From an uncultured bacterium (lineage in GTDB: Bacteria; Patescibacteriota; Saccharimonadia; Saccharimonadales; UBA4665), in NCBI GenBank assembly GCA_963721475.1, contig CAVRJI010000002.1, forward strand, positions 593,451 to 657,450: DNA of 64,000 nucleotides, read 5' to 3'. Of this stretch, positions 1 through 10,175 are shown in pieces (the stretch's first letter is position 1; the number at the start of each line of letters is the position of its first letter). The notes beneath the pieces were generated by a model. It was not told the DNA's origin. It worked only from the letters and a program-made list of their open reading frames with translations, and ran no database searches. The position numbers and the translations under genes were made by a program.

Positions 1-33
1 ATATTCATGCTTTACCCTTTGATCCTTATTGAT

Positions 34-1389
34 TTAGCTTTGATTAGCGGTAATAATCTCGGTAACTTTGCTGACAATTTCGTCGAGCTCGCTTTGTGAC
101 TTTGCTTCAACATTTAAGCGCAAGAGCGGTTCAGTATTACTTGGGCGAACATTGACCCAGCTATCGGTAAGGTTGATGGTGACGCCATCGAGCCAGTCCT
201 GCTCGGTGCCAGGGAAGGCTTCGGCGATTTTTTGCATGGTGGTCTGCTTGTCGGTTACCCGGAAGTTTGTCTCTGGGATAGCAACATAAGCACCCCGAAT
301 TGGGGCAACCAGTTCTGACAAACTCTTGCCGGATTGGCTCAGAATAGACAGGACGATGACGGCTGCCAAAAGACCGCTGTCAGCCATGAAATTGGCTTTA
401 AAGAAGTAGTGGCCACTATGTTCGCCAGCAAAGAGTGCGCCGTATTTGCGCATGTCGCTCTTGATGAAAGAGTGACCAACGCGGGTGCGGACGGCGGTTC
501 CGCCATTTTTTTCGATTGCTTCAACGGCGGCGCGGCCACAAATGGCGTTATACAAAATAGTTGCGCCCGGCTGCTGCTTGAGGAAATATTCCGCCAAAAG
601 GGCTGTAATAACAGTGCCACTTACCGTCTGGCCTTTTTCGTCAATTAAGGCAGCGCGGTCGCCATCACCATCAAACGCCAAACCGGCGTCACAGCTCATT
701 TCTTGTACTTTAGCCTGCAAATCAATAAGGTTTTTTGGCTCAAGTGGGTTGGCAATATGGTTCGGGAAAGTGCCATCGAGCTCGAAATACATTTCTTCGA
801 CTTCAAAGGGGAGGTGTGGCTCAAGCTCGGGAAAGATCTTGCCTGCCATGCCATTACCGGCATCAACGGCAATGTGTAGTGGTTTCAACTGGTCGGCTTC
901 GATGAATGATAGGACGTGGGTAATCCAATCCTCTACGGCATCTTTTTGCTCGAGCTGACCCATGTGTTCGGCGGGAGTGAAAGTGCCAGCGAGTACGGCA
1001 TCCCGGATTTCAAACAGGCCGGATTCTTCGCCGATAGGCTTCGCTTCTTCACGACACAATTTGATGCCATTGTCGGCGCCAGGGTTGTGGCTAGCAGTGA
1101 CCATTGCGCCTCCGGCTAGTTGGTATTGTCCAACGGCAAAATAAATCATGTCACTGGTAACTTCACCAATGTCCATAACATCACGGCCTTGTGCTCGCAG
1201 GCCTTCGATGAGGGCAGCGGCAAGCTCGGCGGAGTCGGGTCGCATATCGCGTCCAACAGCCACAGGACCTTGGCTAGGCAGCCAGTTAGCAAGCGCAGAG
1301 CCTACCATATGGGCAACTTCAGATGTCAGTTCAGTTCCTACTTTGCCTCGGATATCATAAGCTTTGAAGATAGTAGCAGTATTAGTCAT
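34..1389 (-). CDS. manB: phosphomannomutase/phosphoglucomutase (alpha-D-phosphohexomutase family)
   Basis: 451-aa ORF with N-terminal FKAYDIRGKVG and the phosphoserine loop TASHNPGADNGIK, both typical of PMM/PGM enzymes. Confidence 0.9.
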   Translation of the reverse strand: MTNTATIFKAYDIRGKVGTELTSEVAHMVGSALANWLPSQGPVAVGRDMRPDSAELAAALIEGLRAQGRDVMDIGEVTSDMIYFAVGQYQLAGGAMVTASHNPGADNGIKLCREEAKPIGEESGLFEIRDAVLAGTFTPAEHMGQLEQKDAVEDWITHVLSFIEADQLKPLHIAVDAGNGMAGKIFPELEPHLPFEVEEMYFELDGTFPNHIANPLEPKNLIDLQAKVQEMSCDAGLAFDGDGDRAALIDEKGQTVSGTVITALLAEYFLKQQPGATILYNAICGRAAVEAIEKNGGTAVRTRVGHSFIKSDMRKYGALFAGEHSGHYFFKANFMADSGLLAAVIVLSILSQSGKSLSELVAPIRGAYVAIPETNFRVTDKQTTMQKIAEAFPGTEQDWLDGVTINLTDSWVNVRPSNTEPLLRLNVEAKSQSELDEIVSKVTEIITANQS

Positions 1390-1542
1390 TACGCCTCCTT
1401 AGGGTACTTTTATTATATAGGGTGTAGGGATATTTTTCGGATATGGTTTTTACAACGGTCCGACCTCTGTGGGCAGCCCGCCATATGCGTATGATGTGGG
1501 TCATAAGAGGCCAATCACCCAAAAGTTTGATATTATGGGTCA

Positions 1543-2580
1543 ATGATCGTTGCAATTATCGCCGGTGGATCCGGTAGCCGACTGTGGCCACTTTCCACCC
1601 ATAACTACCCCAAGCAGCTCCTAAAAATCAATGGTGAGAAGAATTCTCTTCTACAGAACACCTATAAGCGAGCAAAACTTTTATCAGATTCAATATACGT
1701 CCTACCCGAGACTCGATTAGTTGATCAGGTTAAGGAACAACTTCCTGAGCTCACCGAAGAGACCTTGATCGTTGAGCCAGCCCTGCGTGGTACGGCAAGC
1801 GGTGTTGCCGCTGTGCTTGCGCATATCGCTGAGCGACATGACCCCAACGAGCCAGTCGCTATCCTGTGGGCCGACCACTACATTCGGGATACTGAAGGTT
1901 TTGTGCACAGCTTTCAGATTGGTGCCAACATGTCTCAGCGGGAGGGGCGAATCGTACTTGTCGGGGTCGAGCCAACATATCCGGCTACTGGCTTCGGCTA
2001 CATTAAAAAGAATGGTTTGGTCGACGAAGATTCGTATATTTACAACGTCGAATCCTTCAAAGAAAAACCAGCTTTTGATCTAGCGCAGCAATACTTTGCG
2101 ACGGGCAACTACCTCTGGAACGCAGGTTATGCCATTGCAACTATTAGCACTTTTGAGCGTGAAATGAGCAAACACGCACCGCACTTATTCGATAGCTACA
2201 AGCGGCTTCGAGCTGCTCAAACCTCAGAAGAATACAACGAAGTGTACCTTGCACTAGAAAGCAACACTATCGACCGCGCACTTACGGAGAAGGTCGAAGA
2301 TTTATTGGTTGTACCTGCGACATTTGACTGGGTGGACCTCGGGTCTTTTAGCGATCTTTCTAAGGTGGTCATTTCTGATGAAAAGGGTAATTACAGCTAC
2401 GGGAACGTAGAGACAGAAGAGGTTCAGAACTCCTTTATCCATAATGATGAAGATAAGCCGATAGCCGTGATCGGTCTCGATAACATTGTCGTTGTTAATA
2501 CGCCTGAAGGAATTTTGGTTGCTCCAAAAGATATGTCCCAAAAAGTTGGCGACATCAGCAAGCGGTTCCGGACAGAATAG
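1543..2580 (+). CDS. manC: mannose-1-phosphate guanylyltransferase (GDP-mannose pyrophosphorylase, no isomerase domain)
   Basis: 345-aa ORF with the N-terminal nucleotidyltransferase signature IIAGGSGSRLWPLS. Divergent from manB. TATTAT -10 box lies 6 nt upstream of the ATG. Confidence 0.85.
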   Translation: MIVAIIAGGSGSRLWPLSTHNYPKQLLKINGEKNSLLQNTYKRAKLLSDSIYVLPETRLVDQVKEQLPELTEETLIVEPALRGTASGVAAVLAHIAERHDPNEPVAILWADHYIRDTEGFVHSFQIGANMSQREGRIVLVGVEPTYPATGFGYIKKNGLVDEDSYIYNVESFKEKPAFDLAQQYFATGNYLWNAGYAIATISTFEREMSKHAPHLFDSYKRLRAAQTSEEYNEVYLALESNTIDRALTEKVEDLLVVPATFDWVDLGSFSDLSKVVISDEKGNYSYGNVETEEVQNSFIHNDEDKPIAVIGLDNIVVVNTPEGILVAPKDMSQKVGDISKRFRTE

Positions 2581-2676
2581 TAACGCTGTCAGCGAAAATA
2601 CTGTACGTACTCCTACGTATTCATAGACGTGGGAGTGGTGTTTGTGGTATCCTCCAGATAATACCAAGGAGACTGT

Positions 2677-3147
2677 ATGGCAGAAAAAAATACCGAAAAA
2701 ACAACAAAAAAGCACACCAAAGACCCAAAATTCTTTATCGTTGCCCCATCCAAGCTGGCCGTCATGAGTATAGCGACCTTTGGTCTGTATGAAATCTACT
2801 GGGCATACAAGAACTGGCAGGCCATCAAGGAAGCTGATGATTCAAACATTATGCCTTTCTGGCGGGCTGTATTTGCGATCTTCTTTGCCTATCGACTCTT
2901 CCAGCGAATGGGTGCCAAGTCGCCAATGTTCCTCTTTGTTGCCTACATTCTGCTTGGCTTCGCGGTGCGCTTACCTGAGCCATGGGATCTGATTGCCATG
3001 CTTAGCTTTGGTATCTTGTATATGATTCAAACTGACCTCAATGAACGCCTCAACAAGCAGCCAGCTGCGATATACAGCACCAAGGCAACAGCAGTCGCTG
3101 TCATCGGCGGTCTGCTGGTTTTGGCCTATGTCAGCTCTTACTTCTAA
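2677..3147 (+). CDS. small integral membrane protein, function unknown
   Basis: 156-aa ORF with AAGGAG 5 nt upstream of the ATG. Lys-rich N-terminus followed by several hydrophobic helices. Ends at a terminator. Confidence 0.6.
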   Translation: MAEKNTEKTTKKHTKDPKFFIVAPSKLAVMSIATFGLYEIYWAYKNWQAIKEADDSNIMPFWRAVFAIFFAYRLFQRMGAKSPMFLFVAYILLGFAVRLPEPWDLIAMLSFGILYMIQTDLNERLNKQPAAIYSTKATAVAVIGGLLVLAYVSSYF

Positions 3148-3169
3148 GGCACAGTGCGTTTAGATGCTC

Positions 3170-3204
3170 AAAAAAAGAGTGCTCCAAGTCGGAGCACTCT
3201 TTTG
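3170..3204. terminator. bidirectional intrinsic terminator between convergent genes
   Basis: 10-bp perfect stem agagtgctcc/ggagcactct with a 5-nt loop, an A-tract 5' and a T-tract 3'. Confidence 0.8.
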
Positions 3205-3215
3205 GTTAATGCGTA

Positions 3216-5048
3216 TTATTCGACGGTGACTGACTTGGCCAGGTTGCGTGGGCGATCTACGTTCATGCCCTTTTCGGTGGCAACATAGTAGGCGAACAGC
3301 TGCATGACCAGTGCAATGAGCTGTGGTTGAGTTTGCTCAGCTGTACGTGGAATATAGATAACATCGTCGGCAAGCTTGGCAATATGCTTGTTGCCTTCAG
3401 TGGCAACGGCTATGACTGGGCCTTTGCGCGCTCGGATCTCCTCGATATTAGAATAGGTCTTTTCCAAGAGATCACCGTCAGTCGCAATAGCAAAGGTGGG
3501 GAAGTTCTCGTCGATCATGGCAAGCGGGCCGTGCTTCATCTCTCCCGAGGCATAGCCCTCGGCGTGAATATAAGAGACTTCCTTTAGCTTGAGCGCGCCT
3601 TCGAGAGCACAGGGGAAGCCGTAGTTGCGGCCTATAAATAAGAAATCCCGGGATTTGGCATACTTGCGGGCCATTTTCTGGATGACCGGACCTTGGGCAA
3701 GGATGCTGGCAGCTTTTTCGGGCAAGGCGTAGAGTTCCCGTAAGGTGGGTGTAAAGTGCTTATTAGCACTGCGCGCGAGTTCGAGGGCAATAAGGGTTAG
3801 AACAGTTACCTGGGATACAAAGGCCTTGGTCGATGCAACTGCTTGTTCGGGGCCAGCGTGACAGTAGACGCCCGCATCGGTCAAGCGGGCGATTGTTGAC
3901 CCTACAGAGTTAACAATGCCGAGGCGGAGCACGCCGTAGTCCTCGACTTTTTTGAGAGCGGCAATGGTGTCGGCGGTTTCGCCAGACTGGCTGATGGCCA
4001 GTACGACGGTGTGTTGGCTCATAGGTTCATCGCGGTATTTAAATTCGCTGGCCAATTGGACTTCTACGGGGATGCCAGAGATCTGTTCAATAAGATACTC
4101 GCCAACAAGCCCAGCGTAGTACGAGGTGCCACACGCAACAATGACAATGCGATCAATATGCATGAGACGGTCACGAACAGCTTCTAGGCCACCCAATTTA
4201 ACCGTATTGGAATCTGGGCGTAAACGGCCTTGGACGGCAGCCCGAATGGTATCGGGGACTTCGTGCATTTCTTTGAGCATGAAGTGCTCGTATTTGCCTT
4301 TGCCAGCTTGCTGGCTTATGGCTTCTAGCTCTTCGGCTTTACGTTCGACGGCTTTGTCTTGTTTGATGTGTTTAATACTGTAACCGCTCGGCTTAATAAC
4401 TGCCATCTCATGATCTTCCATGTAGATCACCTGGTTCATGTGTTCAACAATGGCCGAGGGGTCAGATGCGACAATAAATTCTTTGGCGCCAACGCCTACG
4501 ACCAATGGGCTTGAGAGGCGTGCGGCATACAGGGTATCGGGGTCTTTGGTGTAAATGGCTGCAATAGCATACGCGCCCTGCAAGTCACGCAGAGCTGCAC
4601 TGAAGGCGGCTGCAAAAGATTTGTGGCGTTTGAGGTGCGAATCAATTAGATGGGGAATAACCTCGGTGTCAGTTTGCGACACAAACGTGTAGCCCTCGGC
4701 CTCGAGCATATTACGAAGCTCTGGGGCATTTTCGATGATGCCATTGTGGACAACGAAGATGGTTTGATCTTGGTTGAAGTGGGGGTGGGCATTTTTGACA
4801 TTTGGCAAGCCATGTGTGGCCCAACGAGTATGTCCAACGGCCAATGATACGCCTTTGGCGGGCAGTTCATCTTCGGTCCGCAGGTTTTTGACTTGGCCTA
4901 CTTGCTTCACGACATGAGCTTGCTTGTCCGGCCCGATAAAGGCGATACCTGCCGAGTCATAACCGCGGTATTCTAGTGTTTGCAGTCCTGCATATACAAC
5001 ATCAGTACCGTTATGCTTGTTTCCAATATATCCAACAATTCCACACAT
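3216..5048 (-). CDS. glmS: glutamine--fructose-6-phosphate aminotransferase
   Basis: 610-aa ORF with the N-terminal nucleophile motif MCGIVGYIG, two SIS-type repeats and the canonical C-terminus KSVTVE. Confidence 0.95.
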   Translation of the reverse strand: MCGIVGYIGNKHNGTDVVYAGLQTLEYRGYDSAGIAFIGPDKQAHVVKQVGQVKNLRTEDELPAKGVSLAVGHTRWATHGLPNVKNAHPHFNQDQTIFVVHNGIIENAPELRNMLEAEGYTFVSQTDTEVIPHLIDSHLKRHKSFAAAFSAALRDLQGAYAIAAIYTKDPDTLYAARLSSPLVVGVGAKEFIVASDPSAIVEHMNQVIYMEDHEMAVIKPSGYSIKHIKQDKAVERKAEELEAISQQAGKGKYEHFMLKEMHEVPDTIRAAVQGRLRPDSNTVKLGGLEAVRDRLMHIDRIVIVACGTSYYAGLVGEYLIEQISGIPVEVQLASEFKYRDEPMSQHTVVLAISQSGETADTIAALKKVEDYGVLRLGIVNSVGSTIARLTDAGVYCHAGPEQAVASTKAFVSQVTVLTLIALELARSANKHFTPTLRELYALPEKAASILAQGPVIQKMARKYAKSRDFLFIGRNYGFPCALEGALKLKEVSYIHAEGYASGEMKHGPLAMIDENFPTFAIATDGDLLEKTYSNIEEIRARKGPVIAVATEGNKHIAKLADDVIYIPRTAEQTQPQLIALVMQLFAYYVATEKGMNVDRPRNLAKSVTVE

Positions 5049-5114
5049 TCTAAGTCCCTCAATTATTCTAATATTCGCCTAATTACAAGTAGCTCTAAGT
5101 CATATCCATTCCAT

Positions 5115-6635
5115 TTATTTACACCCAAAAGTCAGGCGCTCTATGGGCGCGTAGTTGTCAGTCAGAATCGTGCCAGTGGGCAATTCCGGTGTTATGTCCT
5201 TGTGTGGGCTATTAGCTTGGAGCCAATCTAGGCGCTTGTTGCTATAGGCTAGGATGATATTTTGGCGCACCGGAACAGCCCAATCCTCGAGCGCAAGAGC
5301 TTTGCTATATCGAAAGGTTTGCCTGTAGGTGCTATTGACGCTACCGAGTAGGGGTTTGCACTGAGCACTTGCCGAAGAAATGGCATTGACGAGCACGACG
5401 CCACCTGGAGCGAGGTTACGCTGGAGTTGGACGGTGTATTCGCTGGTTGTCAGGGCGAAAGGTACGGCTATGTCGCTGTATACGTCGGCAACAATAAGAT
5501 CATATTTCTGCTGGTTGGTATTGAGGAAGGTGCGTGCGTCAGCGGCAATATGCTGAACATTGGGTGCGGGACGATACATGAAATATTGCTGAGCTATAGA
5601 TAGGAGCTGCGGATCGATCTCTACGACATCAATCGACGACTGAGGGTAGGCATTGGCCAGGTGCGCCGGAAGCGTATAGGTGCCGCCGCCCAATACGGCA
5701 ATGCGTTTTTTGGCCGGAGCTTGTTCAGCAACCTTGCTGAGGGCTTTTATATATCCGAAGACTAACTGCTCTGGATGATCGATATCGACGGCTGACTGAC
5801 CACCCTGAGGCCCGTTAGTGAGTATTCGTATGGTGTGCCCTTGGCTGTTTTTGGTATCAATGACTTGGTAGTGTGCCGAAGTGGTGTCGATGTCGATCAC
5901 GCCAGCGGCTCGTGCCTTGCCCGTCCACGGCGCGTAGGCAATCACCGCAAGAGCAACAACTGCGGCGGTGCCGAGAAATCGAATATATTGATCTTCGCGC
6001 GGCATAATGAGCCAGCTTGTGCCGACTAGAACGACACATAGGACTGCAATCGTTTGAACGGAACCGATAAAGCCAAAGAAAAGAAATCCAGCCGCAAAGG
6101 TGCCAACGATACCGCCAATAGCATTCATAGCACTGAGTGAGGCCATCGACCGGCCTGCTTTTTGTACGGAATTTGTATGCAGTCGCACTAAATAGGGGCT
6201 GATTACTCCCAGAGCAAAGCTCGCAGGCATAAATAGAACGAGTGAGGCGACGAGGCCGCGAATGCGGGGATCGTCAAAGGTGTCGCGAATAAAAGTAAGG
6301 AGGCTTTCGGATAGCAAAACGGTACAAATCATGGCCAAGGTCGTGGCGAGTAAAAGCAGAGCAATGTCGGTGTGCTTAACGCGCTTATCGCCGAGAATAC
6401 CACCAGCTGTATAGCCCAAAGACAAGGCGGCAATAATGACACCAATCACGCTTGTCCAGACATACGTTGAACTGCCGATAGTCGGCGCAAGAATGCGCGA
6501 GGCTACCATTTCGTAGGCCATCAGGCAAAAACCAGTGCTAAAGGCTACAATCTCCAAAACACCAACACGGTATTGTTTGAATACACGCAACAGGAAAGTT
6601 AGGAGATGAGACATGATAGATTCCCTAGGCGTCAA
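5115..6635 (-). CDS. polytopic membrane domain fused to a spermidine-synthase-like SAM-fold domain
   Basis: 506 aa. The N-terminal ~210 aa form 6-7 hydrophobic helices. The C-terminal domain has the glycine loop IAVLGGGTYTLP and DLIVADVYSD. Overlaps the upstream GT gene by 11 nt. Confidence 0.7.
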   Translation of the reverse strand: MTPRESIMSHLLTFLLRVFKQYRVGVLEIVAFSTGFCLMAYEMVASRILAPTIGSSTYVWTSVIGVIIAALSLGYTAGGILGDKRVKHTDIALLLLATTLAMICTVLLSESLLTFIRDTFDDPRIRGLVASLVLFMPASFALGVISPYLVRLHTNSVQKAGRSMASLSAMNAIGGIVGTFAAGFLFFGFIGSVQTIAVLCVVLVGTSWLIMPREDQYIRFLGTAAVVALAVIAYAPWTGKARAAGVIDIDTTSAHYQVIDTKNSQGHTIRILTNGPQGGQSAVDIDHPEQLVFGYIKALSKVAEQAPAKKRIAVLGGGTYTLPAHLANAYPQSSIDVVEIDPQLLSIAQQYFMYRPAPNVQHIAADARTFLNTNQQKYDLIVADVYSDIAVPFALTTSEYTVQLQRNLAPGGVVLVNAISSASAQCKPLLGSVNSTYRQTFRYSKALALEDWAVPVRQNIILAYSNKRLDWLQANSPHKDITPELPTGTILTDNYAPIERLTFGCK

Positions 6636-7743
6636 TCTGTTGTTTGTGGACGTGCTGCTTAATGAAATCGGCTATATGATGTCGAAATACTTCCGGTGAA
6701 AAATCCTGTGCATGCTGGGCGATAGCTGCATGATCAAAGTGCTGCTTGGGAAAAAGCTGGAGTGCCTGGCATAGACTGTCGACGGTTTGCTCGCCAAAAA
6801 ATATACCTGTTTTCCCGGGAATAACGTAGTCCAGGGCGCCGCCTGCCTGGTAGGAGATGACAGGGGTTCCGGCTGCCATTGCTTCGATTGGAGTAATGCC
6901 AAAGTCATCAAAACAAGGCCAAATAAAGGCTTGAGCATTTGCAAAATAGCCAACCATTTCTTGGTCGGTAACACGCCCCGTAAAGGTGATTGTCGGCCCC
7001 GCCATAGTCATCAGCCGGTGATGCTCTGGGCCGTCACCGACAACCGTCAATGGCAGTTTGAGCTTGTTGCAGGCCAGAATGGCAAGATCAATCTTTTTCT
7101 GGGGGACGTGCCGGCTGGCGATGACGAATCCCTGGCGTTTGCGGTTCTGGGAAGTCTCGAAACGTTCGACATCAACCGGCGGGAAAATAACCGCCGAATC
7201 ACGATCATAATATTTTTTGATATCTGATTGAATATGTGAAGAATTGGCAATGTAATAGTCTGGTCGCTTGGATGCCCTGAGGTCCCACTTGCGCAAGGGT
7301 CCAGCAAGAAGGCGCAAACCGAGTCGGGCCAAGGGGCTAAATACGCCAAAGCCTGGCTGTCTCATATAGAGTTCGTAGTGCCGCCAGTAGTAATGCGTGG
7401 GAGTATGGCAGTAACAGATATGCGTCGTATTTGCCCCAGTATGCACACTTTTAGCTTCGCCATTGCCCGAACTGCTTATAACCAGGTCGTACTGGCTGAG
7501 GTCCAAATGTGTGAACCACCAAATGCGTAGTATACCGACATACTTGCGTAGTGGCCCGAAAGGCCACTTTTGCAGAAAACCGGTTACGACTTTACCACCG
7601 AGGCGTTCCCGCCATTCATCGCTGCAATACGAGGTATAGATGGGTGCGTCAGGGTAGAGGTTGTGGAGTTCTTGTACGACGCGTTCCGCACCACCGCCCA
7701 CTAACCAGTCATGAATAATCGCAACCTTTGGCGCTCGAGCCAT
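6625..7743 (-). CDS. glycosyltransferase, GT-B fold (family 4-like)
   Basis: 372 aa with N-terminal VAIIHDWLVGGGAERV and a C-terminal E-x7-E-like region (FGITPIEAMAAGTPVI) typical of GT4 enzymes. Confidence 0.85.
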   Translation of the reverse strand: MARAPKVAIIHDWLVGGGAERVVQELHNLYPDAPIYTSYCSDEWRERLGGKVVTGFLQKWPFGPLRKYVGILRIWWFTHLDLSQYDLVISSSGNGEAKSVHTGANTTHICYCHTPTHYYWRHYELYMRQPGFGVFSPLARLGLRLLAGPLRKWDLRASKRPDYYIANSSHIQSDIKKYYDRDSAVIFPPVDVERFETSQNRKRQGFVIASRHVPQKKIDLAILACNKLKLPLTVVGDGPEHHRLMTMAGPTITFTGRVTDQEMVGYFANAQAFIWPCFDDFGITPIEAMAAGTPVISYQAGGALDYVIPGKTGIFFGEQTVDSLCQALQLFPKQHFDHAAIAQHAQDFSPEVFRHHIADFIKQHVHKQQIDA

Positions 7744-9200
7744 TAGTGGCTTGCCCCGCGACCGCCCAACACCGAGCGGAAGGTTTTAAGGAGAATAACA
7801 ATATCCATCCAGAAGCTCCAGTTCTGCACATAGTACAGATCCAACTTACGGCGTTCATCAAAGCTAATTTCACGGCGTCCCGAGACTTGGGCAAGTCCTG
7901 TCAATCCGGATTTGACACTCAAGATAGCATGGCGCTTCTTAAAAGTGGCTAATTCCTGCGGGACTAATGCTCGTGGTCCAACAAGGCTGATATCTCCAAT
8001 AAACACATTGAACAGCTGGGGTATTTCATCGATGCTTGTTTTGCGCATAAAGCGGCCAATCGGGCTAAAGCGTGGGTCTTTAGGTACTTGATCGCCATTT
8101 TCACGGTATAACTTGATGAGTTCCGGTCGACCGAGTTTCGTAAAGCCTTCCTCAGGGGTTAGGCCGTTTGTATCTGTCTTGAGCGTGCGGAATTTATAGA
8201 CGTAAAATTCTCTGTTAAACCGAGTGAGGCGTTTTTGACGGAAAAAGATCGGGCCATCATCCAAGAGTTTAATGGCGATGGAGATAGCGATAATGACTGG
8301 TGATGCCGCAAGGAGCAAAATGCCCGAGAAAATAAGATCCGAAATACGTTTAACGATCCGGCCCCAGCCAAAGATGGCAGTTTGACGGACGACGATAATT
8401 GGTACTGATGAGCGGAAGAGTTCAACCTCAATATTACCGACGAACAGCTCATTGTTGCCGGGGATGAAGCGATAGCCGATATGATGCTCTTGCGCATAGG
8501 CCAGGATCTCGGTGTTACGAAGTTCGTTCGAGAACATTTCAGTCTGAATGATGCCATGGATGCCGCGCGGTTCGGTTGCCAAGAAATCCTTAAAGTTTTT
8601 GTAATTGGGAATGTCTGGATTATCAGGAGAATGCTTGGTGCCAACAACAGCCACAATTTTATACCCAGTACGACGGTCGGCTAGGGTATTGATGATTTCG
8701 CCGGTGACAGCACTATTCCCGACGATAACGACATGGGTCAGTCCAAGATCGTAACTAAATAGTTTCGTGCGGATATAGCGCAGTAAGTTGCGGAAGATTA
8801 GCAAGAGTAAGAAGGCTAGCGTAAAGCCATAGATGGGCACCAAACGTGCTGGGAAGATTGGCTCTGTCGAGATGAAGTTCCAAAAAACCAAGAAGAGCAG
8901 GCCAATAAAGGAGCCGACTAGTAAGCGGCCAAACTCCACAAAGCGCTTTTCGTAAATATTGCTATTGTAGAGGCCCAGCAAGGCGAAAATTAAGATCCAA
9001 AAGGGCAATACTGACAAGAAAATTCCCAGATAGGAGAGGGCATGAATTGGTTCGATAAGCGGACGGGGGTCAAGCTTAACGCGAAGTATATAGGCGGCAA
9101 CGAAGGCGGCAACTAGAGCCAGGAAATCGCCTGCCACCAACAGTGCGTTATAGATCAACGAGGCATTATTTTTCATACGTGTGTACTTATATAGTAGCAC
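7743..9200 (-). CDS. polyprenyl-phosphate glycosylphosphotransferase (bacterial sugar transferase, WbaP/CpsE-like)
   Basis: 485 aa with N-terminal TM helices. C-terminal catalytic domain carries DEIPQLFNVFIGDISLVGPRA and GLTGLAQVSGRR. Its stop overlaps the GT start (TAATG). Confidence 0.9.
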   Translation of the reverse strand: MLLYKYTRMKNNASLIYNALLVAGDFLALVAAFVAAYILRVKLDPRPLIEPIHALSYLGIFLSVLPFWILIFALLGLYNSNIYEKRFVEFGRLLVGSFIGLLFLVFWNFISTEPIFPARLVPIYGFTLAFLLLLIFRNLLRYIRTKLFSYDLGLTHVVIVGNSAVTGEIINTLADRRTGYKIVAVVGTKHSPDNPDIPNYKNFKDFLATEPRGIHGIIQTEMFSNELRNTEILAYAQEHHIGYRFIPGNNELFVGNIEVELFRSSVPIIVVRQTAIFGWGRIVKRISDLIFSGILLLAASPVIIAISIAIKLLDDGPIFFRQKRLTRFNREFYVYKFRTLKTDTNGLTPEEGFTKLGRPELIKLYRENGDQVPKDPRFSPIGRFMRKTSIDEIPQLFNVFIGDISLVGPRALVPQELATFKKRHAILSVKSGLTGLAQVSGRREISFDERRKLDLYYVQNWSFWMDIVILLKTFRSVLGGRGASH

Positions 9201-9265
9201 CTAATGTCTAAACTCGAAGACTCGAGGGGCTAACCGCCTGTTGTATAAACTGCTATAATGTACGT

Positions 9266-9709
9266 ATGCCAAAGTTCGTAAAACGTTCGATCAGCCGCAA
9301 GGATGTTATTCAGTTCCTTGAATTTATGGTTGGTGGCGGCGCGTACTTCTGGAGTGGCTATCTGGTGTTCGCAATTTGTTATAGTGGTTTCCACTGGGAT
9401 TGGTTGCCAGCCAAACTGGCCGCCGACGTCGTCGGCTTGAGCCTGAACTACCTTATACAACGCTTCTGGGCATTTCGTAGTAAGCGGCTTGCCCATCACG
9501 AAGGTCGTATCCTGGGGCGCTACGGCTTGATTAGCCTTCTTAACTTGACGCTCGACTACTTGATTATCGCCAGCCTTAAGGAGCTTGGCATCAGCCCATA
9601 TGTCGGGTTCTTTATATCAGCTGGATTCTTTACTATCTGGAACTTTGCCTGGTATCGGTTCTGGGTATTCATAGGTAACGCTAAAAAGCAGGAGGGACAT
9701 CATGGCTGA
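9266..9709 (+). CDS. GtrA-family membrane protein
   Basis: 147 aa with 4 hydrophobic helices and a GtrA-like N-terminus FLEFMVGGGAYFWSGY. TGcTATAAT lies 6 nt upstream of the ATG. Confidence 0.75.
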   Translation: MPKFVKRSISRKDVIQFLEFMVGGGAYFWSGYLVFAICYSGFHWDWLPAKLAADVVGLSLNYLIQRFWAFRSKRLAHHEGRILGRYGLISLLNLTLDYLIIASLKELGISPYVGFFISAGFFTIWNFAWYRFWVFIGNAKKQEGHHG

Positions 9710-10175
9710 AAGCCTTAGACCAACTAAAAAGCAGCGTGAGTTATTAACTTTTATCGAGGATTTTATTGGCCAACATGGCTACAGTCCCAGCTTCCGTGAG
9801 ATTATGGCTGGACTGGAATACACATCGGTGGCGACAGTGGCGCTGCATGTCAATAGTCTCATCAAACGTGGACACTTACGCAAACGTGACGGCAAGGCTC
9901 GTTCACTTGAGGTGGTCAACCCGACTCAGCAGTCGGACACCGAAGGAGCAAAGCCAGCTGGCGAGGAGCAGTGGTTCATCAATAAGATAGAATACTTTTT
10001 CGCCAAGGTTGAAAACACTGCTAAAATTGCCCAATCTCATGTTGATCAGCTGTATGTGCTGGTCGGAGCTTTGCGGGTACTTGGCTTTGAGCAGTCCGCC
10101 CAAGCCTTTATCCCACGCCTGAGCGAACTCAAGGTTCGTGTTGATACTGACGAGAATAGTGACCTCCCCAGATAG
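9702..10175 (+). CDS. LexA-type winged-helix DNA-binding domain protein lacking the S24 peptidase domain
   Basis: 157 aa. Residues 1-75 (LTKKQRELLTFIEDFIGQHGYSPSFREIMAGLEYTSVATVALHVNSLIKRGHLRK) match the LexA N-terminal domain. The C-terminal 80 aa look helical and have no Ala-Gly site or GDSM/Lys dyad. Overlaps gtrA by 8 nt. Confidence 0.75.
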   Translation: MAESLRPTKKQRELLTFIEDFIGQHGYSPSFREIMAGLEYTSVATVALHVNSLIKRGHLRKRDGKARSLEVVNPTQQSDTEGAKPAGEEQWFINKIEYFFAKVENTAKIAQSHVDQLYVLVGALRVLGFEQSAQAFIPRLSELKVRVDTDENSDLPR

